64,000 nt of DNA from Patescibacteria group bacterium (GTDB lineage: Bacteria > Patescibacteriota > Microgenomatia > Curtissbacterales > GWA2-41-24). The stretch is taken from positions 12,491 to 76,490 of the forward strand of contig JBBTUN010000009.1 of assembly GCA_038063735.1 (NCBI GenBank), read 5' to 3'. This document shows, piece after piece, positions 27,715 through 36,764 of the stretch. The notes under the pieces are model-generated. The model searched no databases, was not told where the DNA came from, and saw only the letters and a program-made list of their open reading frames with translations. Every line of letters begins with the position of its first letter. Positions within the stretch are counted from its first letter, which is position 1. The position numbers were made by a program, and so were the translations under genes.

Positions 27715-28473
27715 ATGAAACTAAAATTAAAAAAGATCGCCCATGGGCATTTAAAGCTTTTTGCGCGCCATTTCAAAAAGGCGTCTAAAAAGGTTGTACT
27801 GCAAAATGCCTATAGCAGGCTCATTCGTAGATACGCACGAATGGAGGCTGGGCTCGCTATTAAAAAAGGTCTTGTGCAGGCTAAGTTTCAATTCAAAATA
27901 AGGCCAAGGCTAAAACTGGCGATTGTGGTACTTTTGGTGCTGGTTTTGGCACAATTCGGCTCAGAGTATGCTTCCGGCTATCTCCATTCGAAAGAGAATG
28001 AAATTAAAGTTAACGGCCAGCCTATACTTGTTGCCGCAAAAAGTGCCGATTCACAGAAATCTGAGGCAGATGTTGAGATATCAGCTGTTGTTTCCGCTCG
28101 TATTTCTCCCTTTGACTACAAATACCCGGTCGAAAATGGCCGAATAAGCCAAGGTTATTCGAGTTACCATAGGGCGTACGATATTGCCACTGCCTTGGGT
28201 AACGAAATAACACCTATTGGTAGCGGTATTGTGGAATATGCGGGATTTGTGCCTGATGGCAAAGGTAACATTGTAATTGTCGACCACGGTGATGGTTTGA
28301 AATCGATTTATGCTCATATGGGCAAAATCGACGTTGGCTTAGGTAATATGGTTAATGGTAAAAGTGGACTTGGTACCGTCGGACTTACGGGGCATACCAC
28401 GGGTCCGCACGTTCATTTAGAGCTATATGACAAAGGTGTTGCTGTTAATCCCGGAAGCGTTCTGCCCCGTTAA
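27715..28473 (+). CDS. M23-family (LytM-type) peptidoglycan metalloendopeptidase
   Basis: HRAYDIA, IVIVDHGDGLKSIYAHM and GLTGHTTGPHVHLELY motifs (the HxxxD and HxH zinc ligands of M23). N-terminal TM anchor. Confidence 0.8.
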   Translation: MKLKLKKIAHGHLKLFARHFKKASKKVVLQNAYSRLIRRYARMEAGLAIKKGLVQAKFQFKIRPRLKLAIVVLLVLVLAQFGSEYASGYLHSKENEIKVNGQPILVAAKSADSQKSEADVEISAVVSARISPFDYKYPVENGRISQGYSSYHRAYDIATALGNEITPIGSGIVEYAGFVPDGKGNIVIVDHGDGLKSIYAHMGKIDVGLGNMVNGKSGLGTVGLTGHTTGPHVHLELYDKGVAVNPGSVLPR

Positions 28474-29078
28474 GAGGAAAGTGTTCTTAGCTTAAAATCT
28501 TCCTTTGGCTCCTCTTCACCAGAAGCATTCCAGCCTTCTTCGATTTTTTCGGTTAATTCTTCGATCATTATCTTAAACTCAAGCGGATTTCCAATGTTTT
28601 CTATAACAATTTCTCTTTGGTCAAAGCCTGCAGTAATAATTACCAGGTCCCCAGTATTGAATAAGAATCTCTGAAAAAATGATTGCTCCACGGTTACGTG
28701 GGTGATTGCAGTGAGCGGCGCAGTTACTATTTTTCTTGAAAAAATTCCCCGCACTATTAGAAACCTGCGATTTGTTAAGGCATAGACAAAGGATTGGCGA
28801 AGCCTTATTAGGCGTGAATATTTTGGAGTAAAGTAAATGAGAAGAAAAAGTGGTATTACCCCAAAATATTTAAGATAAGAATAATTTGGTATCTCTATAA
28901 CACCAAAAAACATGAAGATCGCAATATAGGTAAATATTAGGGGAATAACAAGCATAAAGAGCAAATTTAGATAGAAAAAACGTTTTCCTATTCCAGTAAC
29001 ATAAACAACTTGTTCTCCACTTGACAATAATTTGGATAACCTTTTTTTCTGGGATTTTGTAGGGGGTTTGGCTATCAT
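28470..29078 (-). CDS. membrane protein with bacterial PH (bPH_2/YdbT-like) domain
   Basis: 202 aa. A GEQVVYVTGIGKRFFY segment is followed by two TM helices, and the C-terminal part has bPH_2-like beta-strand periodicity. Confidence 0.45.
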   Translation of the reverse strand: MIAKPPTKSQKKRLSKLLSSGEQVVYVTGIGKRFFYLNLLFMLVIPLIFTYIAIFMFFGVIEIPNYSYLKYFGVIPLFLLIYFTPKYSRLIRLRQSFVYALTNRRFLIVRGIFSRKIVTAPLTAITHVTVEQSFFQRFLFNTGDLVIITAGFDQREIVIENIGNPLEFKIMIEELTEKIEEGWNASGEEEPKEDFKLRTLSS

Positions 29079-29150
29079 TATTTTTAAGTATAAGGTAGAC
29101 GTTTGACATTTGCCAATTTTGAGTACAACAATTGAATATCACACTGCCTT

Positions 29151-29819
29151 ATGGATGAATCAGCTAGCGGAAGCATTTTTTCTAAAATCGTCGGGGCAAT
29201 TTTTGTACTGGCCGTTTTGGACTTAATGTTTATTAATTGGTGGCTGTTAAAAAAAAGCGACGCTGCCAATGTTAGCTTTTTGCCGCCTAGCGCAAGTCCC
29301 CAAGTTCTAAATAGCCCACTACCTCAACCTTCGCCATCCCCACCGGATGTTGAGGCCAAAAAAGAGGGCGCCAAGTTGAGCGATAGCGCGAAGGTGACAA
29401 CCACAAACCCACCGCTTGCGTCGCCAACACCTACAGTTGTTGTTCAAACACCAAACAAGGAGATTTTCGTACCGATGGGTACGGGACAAACAAAAAGTGG
29501 CACATTTGCGGATCTAAATGGCGTTGAAATTGGCATAGACACTACTAAATACTCCGGTATAGATTACATTGTTTTTGAGGGGTCCATTTGGGTTGATGGG
29601 GGCAACGGACGTGCCTGGGCGCAAATTAGAAATGTTGAGGATAATAACCCCCTAATTGAAAGCCAGATTTCTAACCCAACACTTACTCCCCTGCTTAAAA
29701 CATCAGGGAAAATACCACTGCCTTCCGGCTACAGAACGTATCGTGTGCAGGCAAAAACAGATTTGACGGAATTTGCGGCGCATGTTGAGAATGCACATCT
29801 GAAGATAGTGCTTAAGTAG
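29151..29819 (+). CDS. membrane-anchored exported hypothetical protein with Pro-rich linker
   Basis: 222 aa with an N-terminal TM helix, a PQPSPSPPDVEAKKE linker and a beta-rich domain. Confidence 0.35.
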   Translation: MDESASGSIFSKIVGAIFVLAVLDLMFINWWLLKKSDAANVSFLPPSASPQVLNSPLPQPSPSPPDVEAKKEGAKLSDSAKVTTTNPPLASPTPTVVVQTPNKEIFVPMGTGQTKSGTFADLNGVEIGIDTTKYSGIDYIVFEGSIWVDGGNGRAWAQIRNVEDNNPLIESQISNPTLTPLLKTSGKIPLPSGYRTYRVQAKTDLTEFAAHVENAHLKIVLK

Positions 29820-29823
29820 ATGT

Positions 29824-30120
29824 GTGGCTGTGATAGAATTGGGTGATGTTAAAATGATTGGTTCAAAATTTAGACAAGAGTTAATCAAGCAAATGATTAC
29901 GCTCTCTTCTGCCGGCTTTGGGGTTGTGGCGGCTCTTGCCTGGAATACGGCCATCCAGGCGTTTGTGGATGAGTACATTAACAAATACTTATCTGTCGGG
30001 TCCGGAATTTTATCCAAATTTATTTACGCCATTGTGATTACCGCCGTTGCGGTTCTTGTTACTTATCAGCTTACAAAAATGTTTAAGGTTGAAGACGAAA
30101 AGTCTAAGAGCGAAAAGTAA
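29824..30120 (+). CDS. small two-helix membrane protein, hypothetical
   Basis: 98 aa with two hydrophobic helices and a basic C-terminal tail. Confidence 0.3.
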   Translation: MAVIELGDVKMIGSKFRQELIKQMITLSSAGFGVVAALAWNTAIQAFVDEYINKYLSVGSGILSKFIYAIVITAVAVLVTYQLTKMFKVEDEKSKSEK

Positions 30121-30364
30121 GACTACTGTTTTGCGCGGCTTGCATGGCTGCTGACTGTTCCAAGACTCTTGCAATATTTACCCCTGATTTGTCCAGTTGT
30201 TCAAGTCTTTCTCGTATTTCATCAGGTGTATTTAATATACCGCGTTGTTGGTCGCTGAATATTTGATTCCCAGCTCTTACTGCCAGATCTTCTTCCGGAG
30301 AAAGTGGTGCTAATTCTCGTTTAACTGCGCCAATGAACTTGGAAAGAAGCTCACAAGATGCCAT
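30104..30364 (-). CDS. small hypothetical protein
   Basis: 86-aa ORF convergent with the preceding gene. No family recognised, and the coding status is uncertain. Confidence 0.25.
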   Translation of the reverse strand: MASCELLSKFIGAVKRELAPLSPEEDLAVRAGNQIFSDQQRGILNTPDEIRERLEQLDKSGVNIARVLEQSAAMQAAQNSSLTFRS

Positions 30365-30424
30365 AAGGCATTGTACATCTCGTTTTTAATGAAAACAATC
30401 GTTTGTTTTGGTTTGGGGAACTAT

Positions 30425-32050
30425 TTAATATTCGCCCATGCCGCCGGGTGGCATCATTGGAGCTTTTTCCTTTTCGGGAAGATCGGTAATTAGTGCCTCT
30501 GTGGTTAGAATCATCATAGCAACAGATGATGCGTTTTGAAGAGCAGAGCGGGTAACCTTTACAGGATCAATAACGCCTGCTGTTACCAAATCTTCAAATT
30601 TTTCATTTGCAGCATTAAGCCCAACGTTACCGGTTGCTTTTTCTACTTCTTTTACAACCCATCCTGCGTCTAGCCCGCAATTTTCAGCCAGCTTTGCAAG
30701 AGGTTTGGTAAGCGCAGCTTTGACAATTTCGACTCCGATTCGCTCATCAACATCAGTTGCTGCGGTGATCATTTTATCCAAGACTTTGCTTGCGCGAACC
30801 AATGCTACTCCACCTCCAACTACGTAACCTTCTTCGACTGCCGCTTTGGTGGCATGGACCGCATCGTCTACTCTTTCCTTCTTTTCTTTAAGTTCAACCT
30901 CCGTGGCTGCACCAACATTAATGACTGCTACCCCACCGGAAAGTTTGGCAAGTCTTTCTTCGAGTTTTTCGCGGTCGAAGTCGCTGTCAGTTGTATCAAG
31001 TTCATTTTTGATTTGCTTGATTCTGCCATCTATTGCATTTTTTGTGCCTTTTCCGCCAACTATAATTGTGTTTTCTTTATCGGAAATGACCTGGTCGGCT
31101 TTACCTAAGTCGTCAACTGTAACAGACTCCAGTTTTCTTCCTAAATCTTCCGAGATGACATTTCCACCAGTCAAGACTGCGATATCTTCTAACATTTCTT
31201 TGCGGCGGTCACCAAAACCCGGAGCTTTAATTGCCAAAACGTTGAATGTGCTTCTGAGCTTGTTAACGACAAGGGTTGCCAGCGCTTCGCCTTCTACTTC
31301 GTCGGCGATAATAACCAAGTTTTTACTGATCTTGACAAAATTTTCCAGGAAAGCCAGAAGGTCGTTTAAGGAAGCTATTTTTTGGTCGGTTATTAATATG
31401 TGAGCGTCATCTATAATTGCTTTCATTTTGTCCGCGTCTGTCACAAAGTAAGGAGATATGTATCCCCTGTCAAACTCCATACCCTCTTTTGTGTCAACGG
31501 ATGTTTCCAGGCCTTTTGATTCTTCGACTGTAACTACGCCGTCGGGTCCGACTTTGTCGAGAGCTTCTGCAATCATTTTGCCGATTGTGGCGTCAGCGGC
31601 ACTAATCGTTGCGATCTTTTCGATTTCACCGTGGTCTGCGACTTTTTTGGCTGTTCTTTTGAGTTCTGCAACAACAGCTTCGGTGGCTTTTTCTACTCCC
31701 CGTTTTAAAACCATGGGGTTTGAGCCTGCTGTGACATTTTTGAGACCTTGGTCGACTATGGCTTGGGCAAGAACAGTGGCAGTTGTGGTGCCGTCCCCTG
31801 CTACGTCATTGGTTTTGCTTGCCGCTTCACGAACGAGCGATGCGCCCATATTTTCGAATGGGTCTTCAAGTTCAATTTCTTTAGCAACACTAACGCCGTC
31901 GTGGATTACGTTTGGGGCCCCCCACTTCTTGTCTAATGCGACATTTCTACCTTTAGGACCCAGAGTAGTTGCAACAGCCATGGCCAATTTGTCTACACCG
32001 CTTTTTAGCTTTGTTCGTGCTTCTTCTGCGTATAAAAGTTGTTTTGCCAT
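30425..32050 (-). CDS. groL: chaperonin GroEL (60 kDa)
   Basis: [15 protein letters not shown]... start, the [18 protein letters not shown] segment, and a C-terminal GGMG-type tail (PPGGMGEY). Confidence 0.95.
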   Translation of the reverse strand: MAKQLLYAEEARTKLKSGVDKLAMAVATTLGPKGRNVALDKKWGAPNVIHDGVSVAKEIELEDPFENMGASLVREAASKTNDVAGDGTTTATVLAQAIVDQGLKNVTAGSNPMVLKRGVEKATEAVVAELKRTAKKVADHGEIEKIATISAADATIGKMIAEALDKVGPDGVVTVEESKGLETSVDTKEGMEFDRGYISPYFVTDADKMKAIIDDAHILITDQKIASLNDLLAFLENFVKISKNLVIIADEVEGEALATLVVNKLRSTFNVLAIKAPGFGDRRKEMLEDIAVLTGGNVISEDLGRKLESVTVDDLGKADQVISDKENTIIVGGKGTKNAIDGRIKQIKNELDTTDSDFDREKLEERLAKLSGGVAVINVGAATEVELKEKKERVDDAVHATKAAVEEGYVVGGGVALVRASKVLDKMITAATDVDERIGVEIVKAALTKPLAKLAENCGLDAGWVVKEVEKATGNVGLNAANEKFEDLVTAGVIDPVKVTRSALQNASSVAMMILTTEALITDLPEKEKAPMMPPGGMGEY

Positions 32051-32086
32051 AAATTAGTTGATTGTTGATAGTTGATGGTTCATAGC

Positions 32087-32371
32087 TTACTTGGTGATAA
32101 TTGCCATTAAATCATCGAATTTAATGAGCATCATTTCTTTGCCTTCGACTTTAAGTTCGTTGCCGCCCCATTTTTTGTAAATGACCTTGTCCCCTACTTT
32201 GACCGGACATTTGACGGTTTTGCCATCTTCGACCAAATCATCACCCGCGGCTATGACTTTTCCTTCTTGAGGTTTTTCTTCCGCTGATTCCGGAAGTAGT
32301 ATTCCGGACGCGGTTTTAGTTTCTTTTGGTGCGGGTTCTATTAGTACGTATCCTGCTAATGGTTTGATCAT
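32087..32371 (-). CDS. groS: co-chaperonin GroES (10 kDa)
   Basis: 94 aa. MIKPLAGYVLIE ... GKVIAAGDD ... VKVGDKVIY is classic GroES. Located 36 nt upstream of groL on the same strand. Confidence 0.9.
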   Translation of the reverse strand: MIKPLAGYVLIEPAPKETKTASGILLPESAEEKPQEGKVIAAGDDLVEDGKTVKCPVKVGDKVIYKKWGGNELKVEGKEMMLIKFDDLMAIITK

Positions 32372-32460
32372 AAAGTTAATCGTTAATGGTAAATAGATTT
32401 GGACAGACCTTACTCTATTTGGGCAAAAATCACAAGCAGTTATTGCTTGCGACTGCTAGT

Positions 32461-32489
32461 ATTATAGCTTTGATTTTTTGTTTGTCAAG
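32461..32489 (-). promoter_or_regulatory. sigma70-type promoter of the groES-groEL operon (TTGACA-N16-TATAAT on the minus strand)
   Basis: The reverse complement of 32461-32489 reads TTGACAAACAAAAAATCAAAGCTATAAT. It lies about 90 nt upstream of the groES start. No CIRCE element was found. Confidence 0.5.
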
Positions 32490-32513
32490 AGGTCTGCTAA
32501 ACACAGAGATTTT

Positions 32514-33782
32514 TTATTTGGCTTGCTTAGGCACAATGACTGCTGCGGTTATTACGGCGCCAATGCCGGGTGCGCAGATTAGAAACGGCTGGCGGGGGTT
32601 GAGTTTTCCGGTTCTTGCCAGATGCTCCCAAATAACCAGTGTTGTTGCCGAACTGCTGTTAGAGCGTCCAATTTCTCCCAGTAAAAAATCGGGGATATTC
32701 AAGTTTGCCAGATTTGGATATTTCCCCACTCTATTTTGTATGCCTTCGTTTACCTTCAAGCTTGGCTGATGCATAACGACTTGTCTGACATCAACTTTTT
32801 TTGCCTGGGCGCATTCAACCACTTTTTGAATAACCTCTGCAGTTGCCCTTATAAAAAAAGTGGCAGTTTTTATACCGTCCATCTCGGCCGGAAGGTCACT
32901 TTCGGGATCTTCTATTTTGATAAAAAATCCTTTTTCCGAGACCGAACTAATGTCTATTCCGCTTTCTGAAAAAATATAGTGAGCCGGAATTACATCGTCT
33001 GACGGCGGCAAGCCATAATCCGTATGAAAGCGAATGGGTGCTCCGTCGTATACTATGTGGGTTCTTGCCGAAACCACTTCAAAATCAGCCGGATTGTAAG
33101 CAATTATTGCGTAATCGTCACCAAAAATTGTAGGTATGCCCATGTTTTTTAGTGTAAGCTGGCCATCTGATGTGTGCTGGCTTAATGGTTCCAGTGCGCA
33201 GACTACAACATTTTTATCTCTTGCTTCCGGGTCAAGAAGAGAATCGTCAAAAGCGGTGGCTGCACCGGCGCAGGCAACCCGATATGGCCTTGTGATTACC
33301 GTGGCCGGATCGATGTTTGCCTGATCTAACATGAGCTCGGCAACTTCCGGAGAAAGCGAGGCGGAAGTATCAAAAAGATAGTCGATGTGATCCCAACCTT
33401 GTCGCTGCATAGCTTCACGGACTAATTCGGCTCCGATGGCCGCTGTTCTTTCAAGAACCCTGGCTGGGTCGCGAGTTAATTCAGTTGACGAGTACCTGGT
33501 AGACATACCTGTTGCATCTATAAATTTGCCTATAGACTTGGGCAGTTCAGCTTCTTCAATTGAGCCTGGTGTTGCACGTGAGTTTCTGAGAATTTTGTCT
33601 GTAAGAGTGGCGTTATCAAGTTTGTAACCAGAAACTTGGCTGGCAAGAGTTGCCGGACCAAAATTTACGACAGTTTGCCTTTCAACAAACTCTGGTCCCA
33701 CGGTAGGAAATGCGTGTTGCGCTTCCGGTGTCATGCTATTTCTTGGATAATGATACCAAAAATTACTTTTTCGTCTTTGCAA
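32514..33782 (-). CDS. thiolase-fold condensing enzyme, FabH (KAS III)/type III PKS-like
   Basis: It aligns to FabH with the active-site Cys in YRVACAGAATAFD, His in VMHQPSLKVNEGI (HQANxRI-like) and Asn in GRSNSSSAT (GNTSAAS-like), and the C-terminus ICAPGIGAVITAAV resembles GGGFTWGSALV. It has an ~80-aa N-terminal extension. An alternative ATG at 33734 would remove the overlap with pyrG. Confidence 0.5.
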   Translation of the reverse strand: MQRRKSNFWYHYPRNSMTPEAQHAFPTVGPEFVERQTVVNFGPATLASQVSGYKLDNATLTDKILRNSRATPGSIEEAELPKSIGKFIDATGMSTRYSSTELTRDPARVLERTAAIGAELVREAMQRQGWDHIDYLFDTSASLSPEVAELMLDQANIDPATVITRPYRVACAGAATAFDDSLLDPEARDKNVVVCALEPLSQHTSDGQLTLKNMGIPTIFGDDYAIIAYNPADFEVVSARTHIVYDGAPIRFHTDYGLPPSDDVIPAHYIFSESGIDISSVSEKGFFIKIEDPESDLPAEMDGIKTATFFIRATAEVIQKVVECAQAKKVDVRQVVMHQPSLKVNEGIQNRVGKYPNLANLNIPDFLLGEIGRSNSSSATTLVIWEHLARTGKLNPRQPFLICAPGIGAVITAAVIVPKQAK

Positions 33783-35385
33783 CTGCCGCCATAAAGGCTA
33801 TGTACAGAGGGTGTGGGGCAAGGGGGCGGGATTTTAATTCGGGATGAAACTGGACTCCGACAAAAAACGGGTGGTCTTTGAGCTCAATTGCTTCTACTAA
33901 ATGATCGTCTTTAGTAGTTGCGGAAATTATCATTCCTTTTGCTTCAAATTTTTGACGATATTCATTATTAAATTCGTACCTGTGACGGTGACGATCGGCA
34001 CCGGTTGTTGATTTGTAAGCTTTTTCAAATTTTGTGCCTTTTTTGGCTTTCCACTCCCAACTACCAAGCCTTTGAGTGCCTCCCAAATTGTGATATTTAA
34101 GGAGTTCTTTTTGGCTTTCCATTTCGTGAATAATAGGATTTTTTGTTTTGGGGTCAATTTCTGTGGTGTTGGCATCTTTTAAGCCTAAAACGTTTCTGGC
34201 AAATTCAATGGCTGCTTGTTGCAAACCATAACAAAGACCAAAATATGGAATCTTGTTTTCGCGCGCAAACTTGATCGATTCTACTATCCCCTCTACTGCC
34301 CGAGAGCCGTAGCCTCCAGGTACAATGATGCCGTCGAAACCATTGAGCATATCTGTGCCTTCCTTTTCTATAGTTGCCGAATCAATCCAAGCCATTTTAG
34401 GCTTAATATCAAAGTGCGACGATGCATGGCGAATAGATTCAATTACGGACAGATATGCGTCGGCCAGGGTAAAGTCGCCAGTTGAGAAATACTTACCTAC
34501 CATGGCAATTTTTGCTGTTTTTTTGGCGGTTAATGTTGTGTTGACCATAACTTTCCAAGAGGCCAGGTCGCTGGTTCTGGGTTTTGTACCCAATTTATTT
34601 AATATTTTTTCGGAAAGATTCTGATTTTCAAAGTTAAGTGGAACCTGGTAAATACTCTCAACATCGGGAGCAGAAATTATGCCCAGAGGGTCTATCCCAC
34701 AGGCAATGGCTATTTTTTCTTTTCTTTTTTCGTCGACTGCAACCTGAGAACGCGCCAAAACAAAATCGGCATGGATGCCGGCTTGGGCCAGCTGCTGAAT
34801 GGACATTTGAGCGGGTTTACTCTTCATCTCCCCTATTGAAGACGGAATTGGAAGATAAGTTAAGTGAATGTGCAGGATATCATTTGGATTTTGCAATTTC
34901 ATTAGACGGTTGGCTTCCAAAAAGAGTAGGTTTTGATACTCCCCTACTGTTCCGCCAATTTCCAAAAGAACAATTTCTGCTTTATTGGTTTTGGCGCAAT
35001 CTTCTATCCGCTTAATAATTTCTCTTGGCGGATCCTGGAAAAACTCCACGGTTTTACCTTCGTAGCCAAGCGCTCGTTCTTTTTCTATAATCGTTTTAAA
35101 AACCTGACCCGTGGTCATGTAGTTTGTAGAGTTTAAACTTTGGTTTAGGAAGCGTTCGTAGTTACCCAAATCCTGATCACATTCCATGCCATCATCCAGT
35201 ATGAATACTTCACCATGTTCAATTGGATTTAAAGTTCCGGCGTCGACGTTAAGGTAAGGGTCTGCCTTCATTGCTGTTACTCTGTAGCCACGGGATTTTA
35301 AGAGGAGGGCGATAGACGAGGTTGCAACACCTTTTCCTATTCCGGAGATAACTCCGCCTGATATAAAGATGACCTTAGTGTTCAT
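33763..35385 (-). CDS. pyrG: CTP synthase (glutamine-hydrolysing)
   Basis: The N-terminal synthase domain begins MNTKVIFISGGVISGIGKG, and the C-terminal class I glutamine amidotransferase carries GLCYGLQ. The ATG at 35385 has a good RBS (AAAGGGGA), whereas the track start 35427 adds 14 aa. Confidence 0.9.
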   Translation of the reverse strand: MNTKVIFISGGVISGIGKGVATSSIALLLKSRGYRVTAMKADPYLNVDAGTLNPIEHGEVFILDDGMECDQDLGNYERFLNQSLNSTNYMTTGQVFKTIIEKERALGYEGKTVEFFQDPPREIIKRIEDCAKTNKAEIVLLEIGGTVGEYQNLLFLEANRLMKLQNPNDILHIHLTYLPIPSSIGEMKSKPAQMSIQQLAQAGIHADFVLARSQVAVDEKRKEKIAIACGIDPLGIISAPDVESIYQVPLNFENQNLSEKILNKLGTKPRTSDLASWKVMVNTTLTAKKTAKIAMVGKYFSTGDFTLADAYLSVIESIRHASSHFDIKPKMAWIDSATIEKEGTDMLNGFDGIIVPGGYGSRAVEGIVESIKFARENKIPYFGLCYGLQQAAIEFARNVLGLKDANTTEIDPKTKNPIIHEMESQKELLKYHNLGGTQRLGSWEWKAKKGTKFEKAYKSTTGADRHRHRYEFNNEYRQKFEAKGMIISATTKDDHLVEAIELKDHPFFVGVQFHPELKSRPLAPHPLYIAFMAAVAKTKK

Positions 35386-35481
35386 GAAAAAATCCCCTTT
35401 CGCTAAAGCTACAGGGGACTCGTGCACCCCCAGGGGTGCCCGCTATAATTGTCTCAAAAGAAGATCAATTTTGTCAAGAAA

Positions 35482-35820
35482 TCAGCCTTGAGGAGGTTTT
35501 TTGGATTTAGGAATTGGAAGAGTTGCTGTTATCTCCGTCTGTGATCTTGCGCTGCGATCTTTTCTCTCAAATGCTTGATCCTCTTCTCCTTCGTGCCATA
35601 GTTCCTGCCGCAAAACAGTTATCTCACCTGGTGCGGAAATACCAATTTTAACTCGATCTCGCTCTACACCTAAAACACGTACAAGAATGTTTCCAGATAT
35701 CACTATGCCTTGATCTACTTTTCTTGTTAGGATAAGCATACCGTCTTCATCCTCGTGAAGTTTCTTTGCGGCATCCACAACTTTCGCCGGAATTGATTTC
35801 AATCCTTCTTTCACATTCAT
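35482..35820 (-). CDS. csrA: carbon storage regulator CsrA (RNA-binding global regulator)
   Basis: MLILTRKVDQGIVISGNILVRVLGVERDRVKIGISAPGEITVLRQELW closely matches the CsrA core. The ORF as drawn has a 27-aa N-terminal extension. The internal ATG at 35739 is preceded by GAGGA and may be the true start. Confidence 0.7.
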   Translation of the reverse strand: MNVKEGLKSIPAKVVDAAKKLHEDEDGMLILTRKVDQGIVISGNILVRVLGVERDRVKIGISAPGEITVLRQELWHEGEEDQAFERKDRSARSQTEITATLPIPKSKKPPQG

Positions 35821-35840
35821 AACAGATGAGAATTTTACCC

Positions 35841-36728
35841 CTATAGGATACTATTGTCAATACGGACGTATACTTTGAATTTTTTTCTGTAGACATCCAG
35901 TACTTTTTTTTGGATATTCTTTGGATGGAAGAAAAGTTGAGTGTTCCCTATTTGCTCTATGGTTATTTTAGAACGCATGTAGTTTAGTTGGAAACTTTTT
36001 AGTAAGTTTTCGATAAGAGACAAGCAATAAGAGACAAGCAATATGTTTACGTGTGCTTTTTGCTTTTTGCTTTTTGCTTTTTGCTTTTCTGCCTTCCAAT
36101 TTGGCAGGTATTTATGGATCCAGTTGTTTGCCTTGACGAATTTTGCGTATGTGTTGTTTTTATCGTAGATTGGCTTTAATTGCGCTATTTCGTGGGCTGT
36201 GTACAGGTTTTCCTCACTGATTTTTAGATTTGCCTCATCTATAAAAATGTTGAGACAGGCTCTATTGTTTTGAAATTTTGAGCGCGGTGATCTTTTATAC
36301 GGAAGCAGAACAAGGTTTGCAAAGAATCTCGTCGTCCAGATTGTATTTTTAGCGGTGATAATTAGAAGGTCTATGTCATCGCTGGCTGTGCTGTTATTCA
36401 TGGACAAAGCGCCGGTTATGGCAACAAGATTGATTGTCGGGATCACTCTGAGTAGCTTTGAAAAGAATATTGCTTTAGCATATTTTTTCTTCGAGTATTT
36501 GTTTCTGGTTATTCTTTTTTTCACCAGGCCGTACCTTTTTTGCAGGAAAAAGTAGTTTTTTGTCTCCCCTATTTTATGTTCGGCTATGAGTATAGTGAGG
36601 GTTTTTGCTACTTGAGTTTTTGTCGCTTTATTTTCTACAAGGTAATTTTGTACTTCACCTGGAGTGAGAGGATAGTCAAAAATGTCACCATAGACAAGCG
36701 TTGCAAGAGTTGCCTGCTTTAAATTCAT
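35841..36728 (-). CDS. Pol-beta-superfamily nucleotidyltransferase-domain protein, function unknown
   Basis: GALSMNNSTASDDIDLLII matches the NTase G[SG]-x(9-13)-D-x-[DE] motif, and there is a further acidic residue downstream (FIDEAN). 295 aa. Contains an 8-bp x4.5 tandem repeat and a 14-bp tandem duplication in the C-terminal coding region. Confidence 0.4.
   Translation of the reverse strand: MNLKQATLATLVYGDIFDYPLTPGEVQNYLVENKATKTQVAKTLTILIAEHKIGETKNYFFLQKRYGLVKKRITRNKYSKKKYAKAIFFSKLLRVIPTINLVAITGALSMNNSTASDDIDLLIITAKNTIWTTRFFANLVLLPYKRSPRSKFQNNRACLNIFIDEANLKISEENLYTAHEIAQLKPIYDKNNTYAKFVKANNWIHKYLPNWKAEKQKAKSKKQKAHVNILLVSYCLSLIENLLKSFQLNYMRSKITIEQIGNTQLFFHPKNIQKKVLDVYRKKFKVYVRIDNSIL
36054..36088. 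repeat. octanucleotide tandem repeat (TGCTTTTT x4.5) inside the nucleotidyltransferase-domain gene
   Basis: Seen directly. It encodes KQKAKSKKQKAKS on the minus strand and lies adjacent to a perfect 14-bp tandem duplication ATAAGAGACAAGCA x2 (36013-36040). Confidence 0.8.
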
Positions 36729-36764
36729 GGAAGAAATATATAACAGAGCGGGTGCTATGTAAAC

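Noticed and set aside
30846-32057. ORFs on the plus strand (30846-31403, 31458-32057, 30854-31108, 31748-31936) antisense to groEL
   Set aside because: They lie entirely within the well-supported groEL coding region, are low-complexity Ser/Ala/Thr-rich (typical antisense translation of a GC-balanced conserved gene), and have no start or RBS context.
32372-32513. CIRCE/HrcA operator (TTAGCACTC-N9-GAGTGCTAA) upstream of groES
   Set aside because: Searched the leader on both strands. Only a short CAAGCA-N5-TGCTTG hairpin is present, with no CIRCE-like inverted repeat.
36013-36026. Shared 13-mer ATAAGAGACAAGC between the NTase gene (36013) and valS (42949), plus a similar motif at 43630, as a dispersed mobile repeat
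   Set aside because: Exact 13-mer matches are expected dozens of times by chance among all position pairs in 64 kb of AT-biased sequence. Both occurrences encode Lys/Arg/Gln-rich peptides and are most simply coincidental. Only the local tandem duplication at 36013-36040 is retained as a finding.
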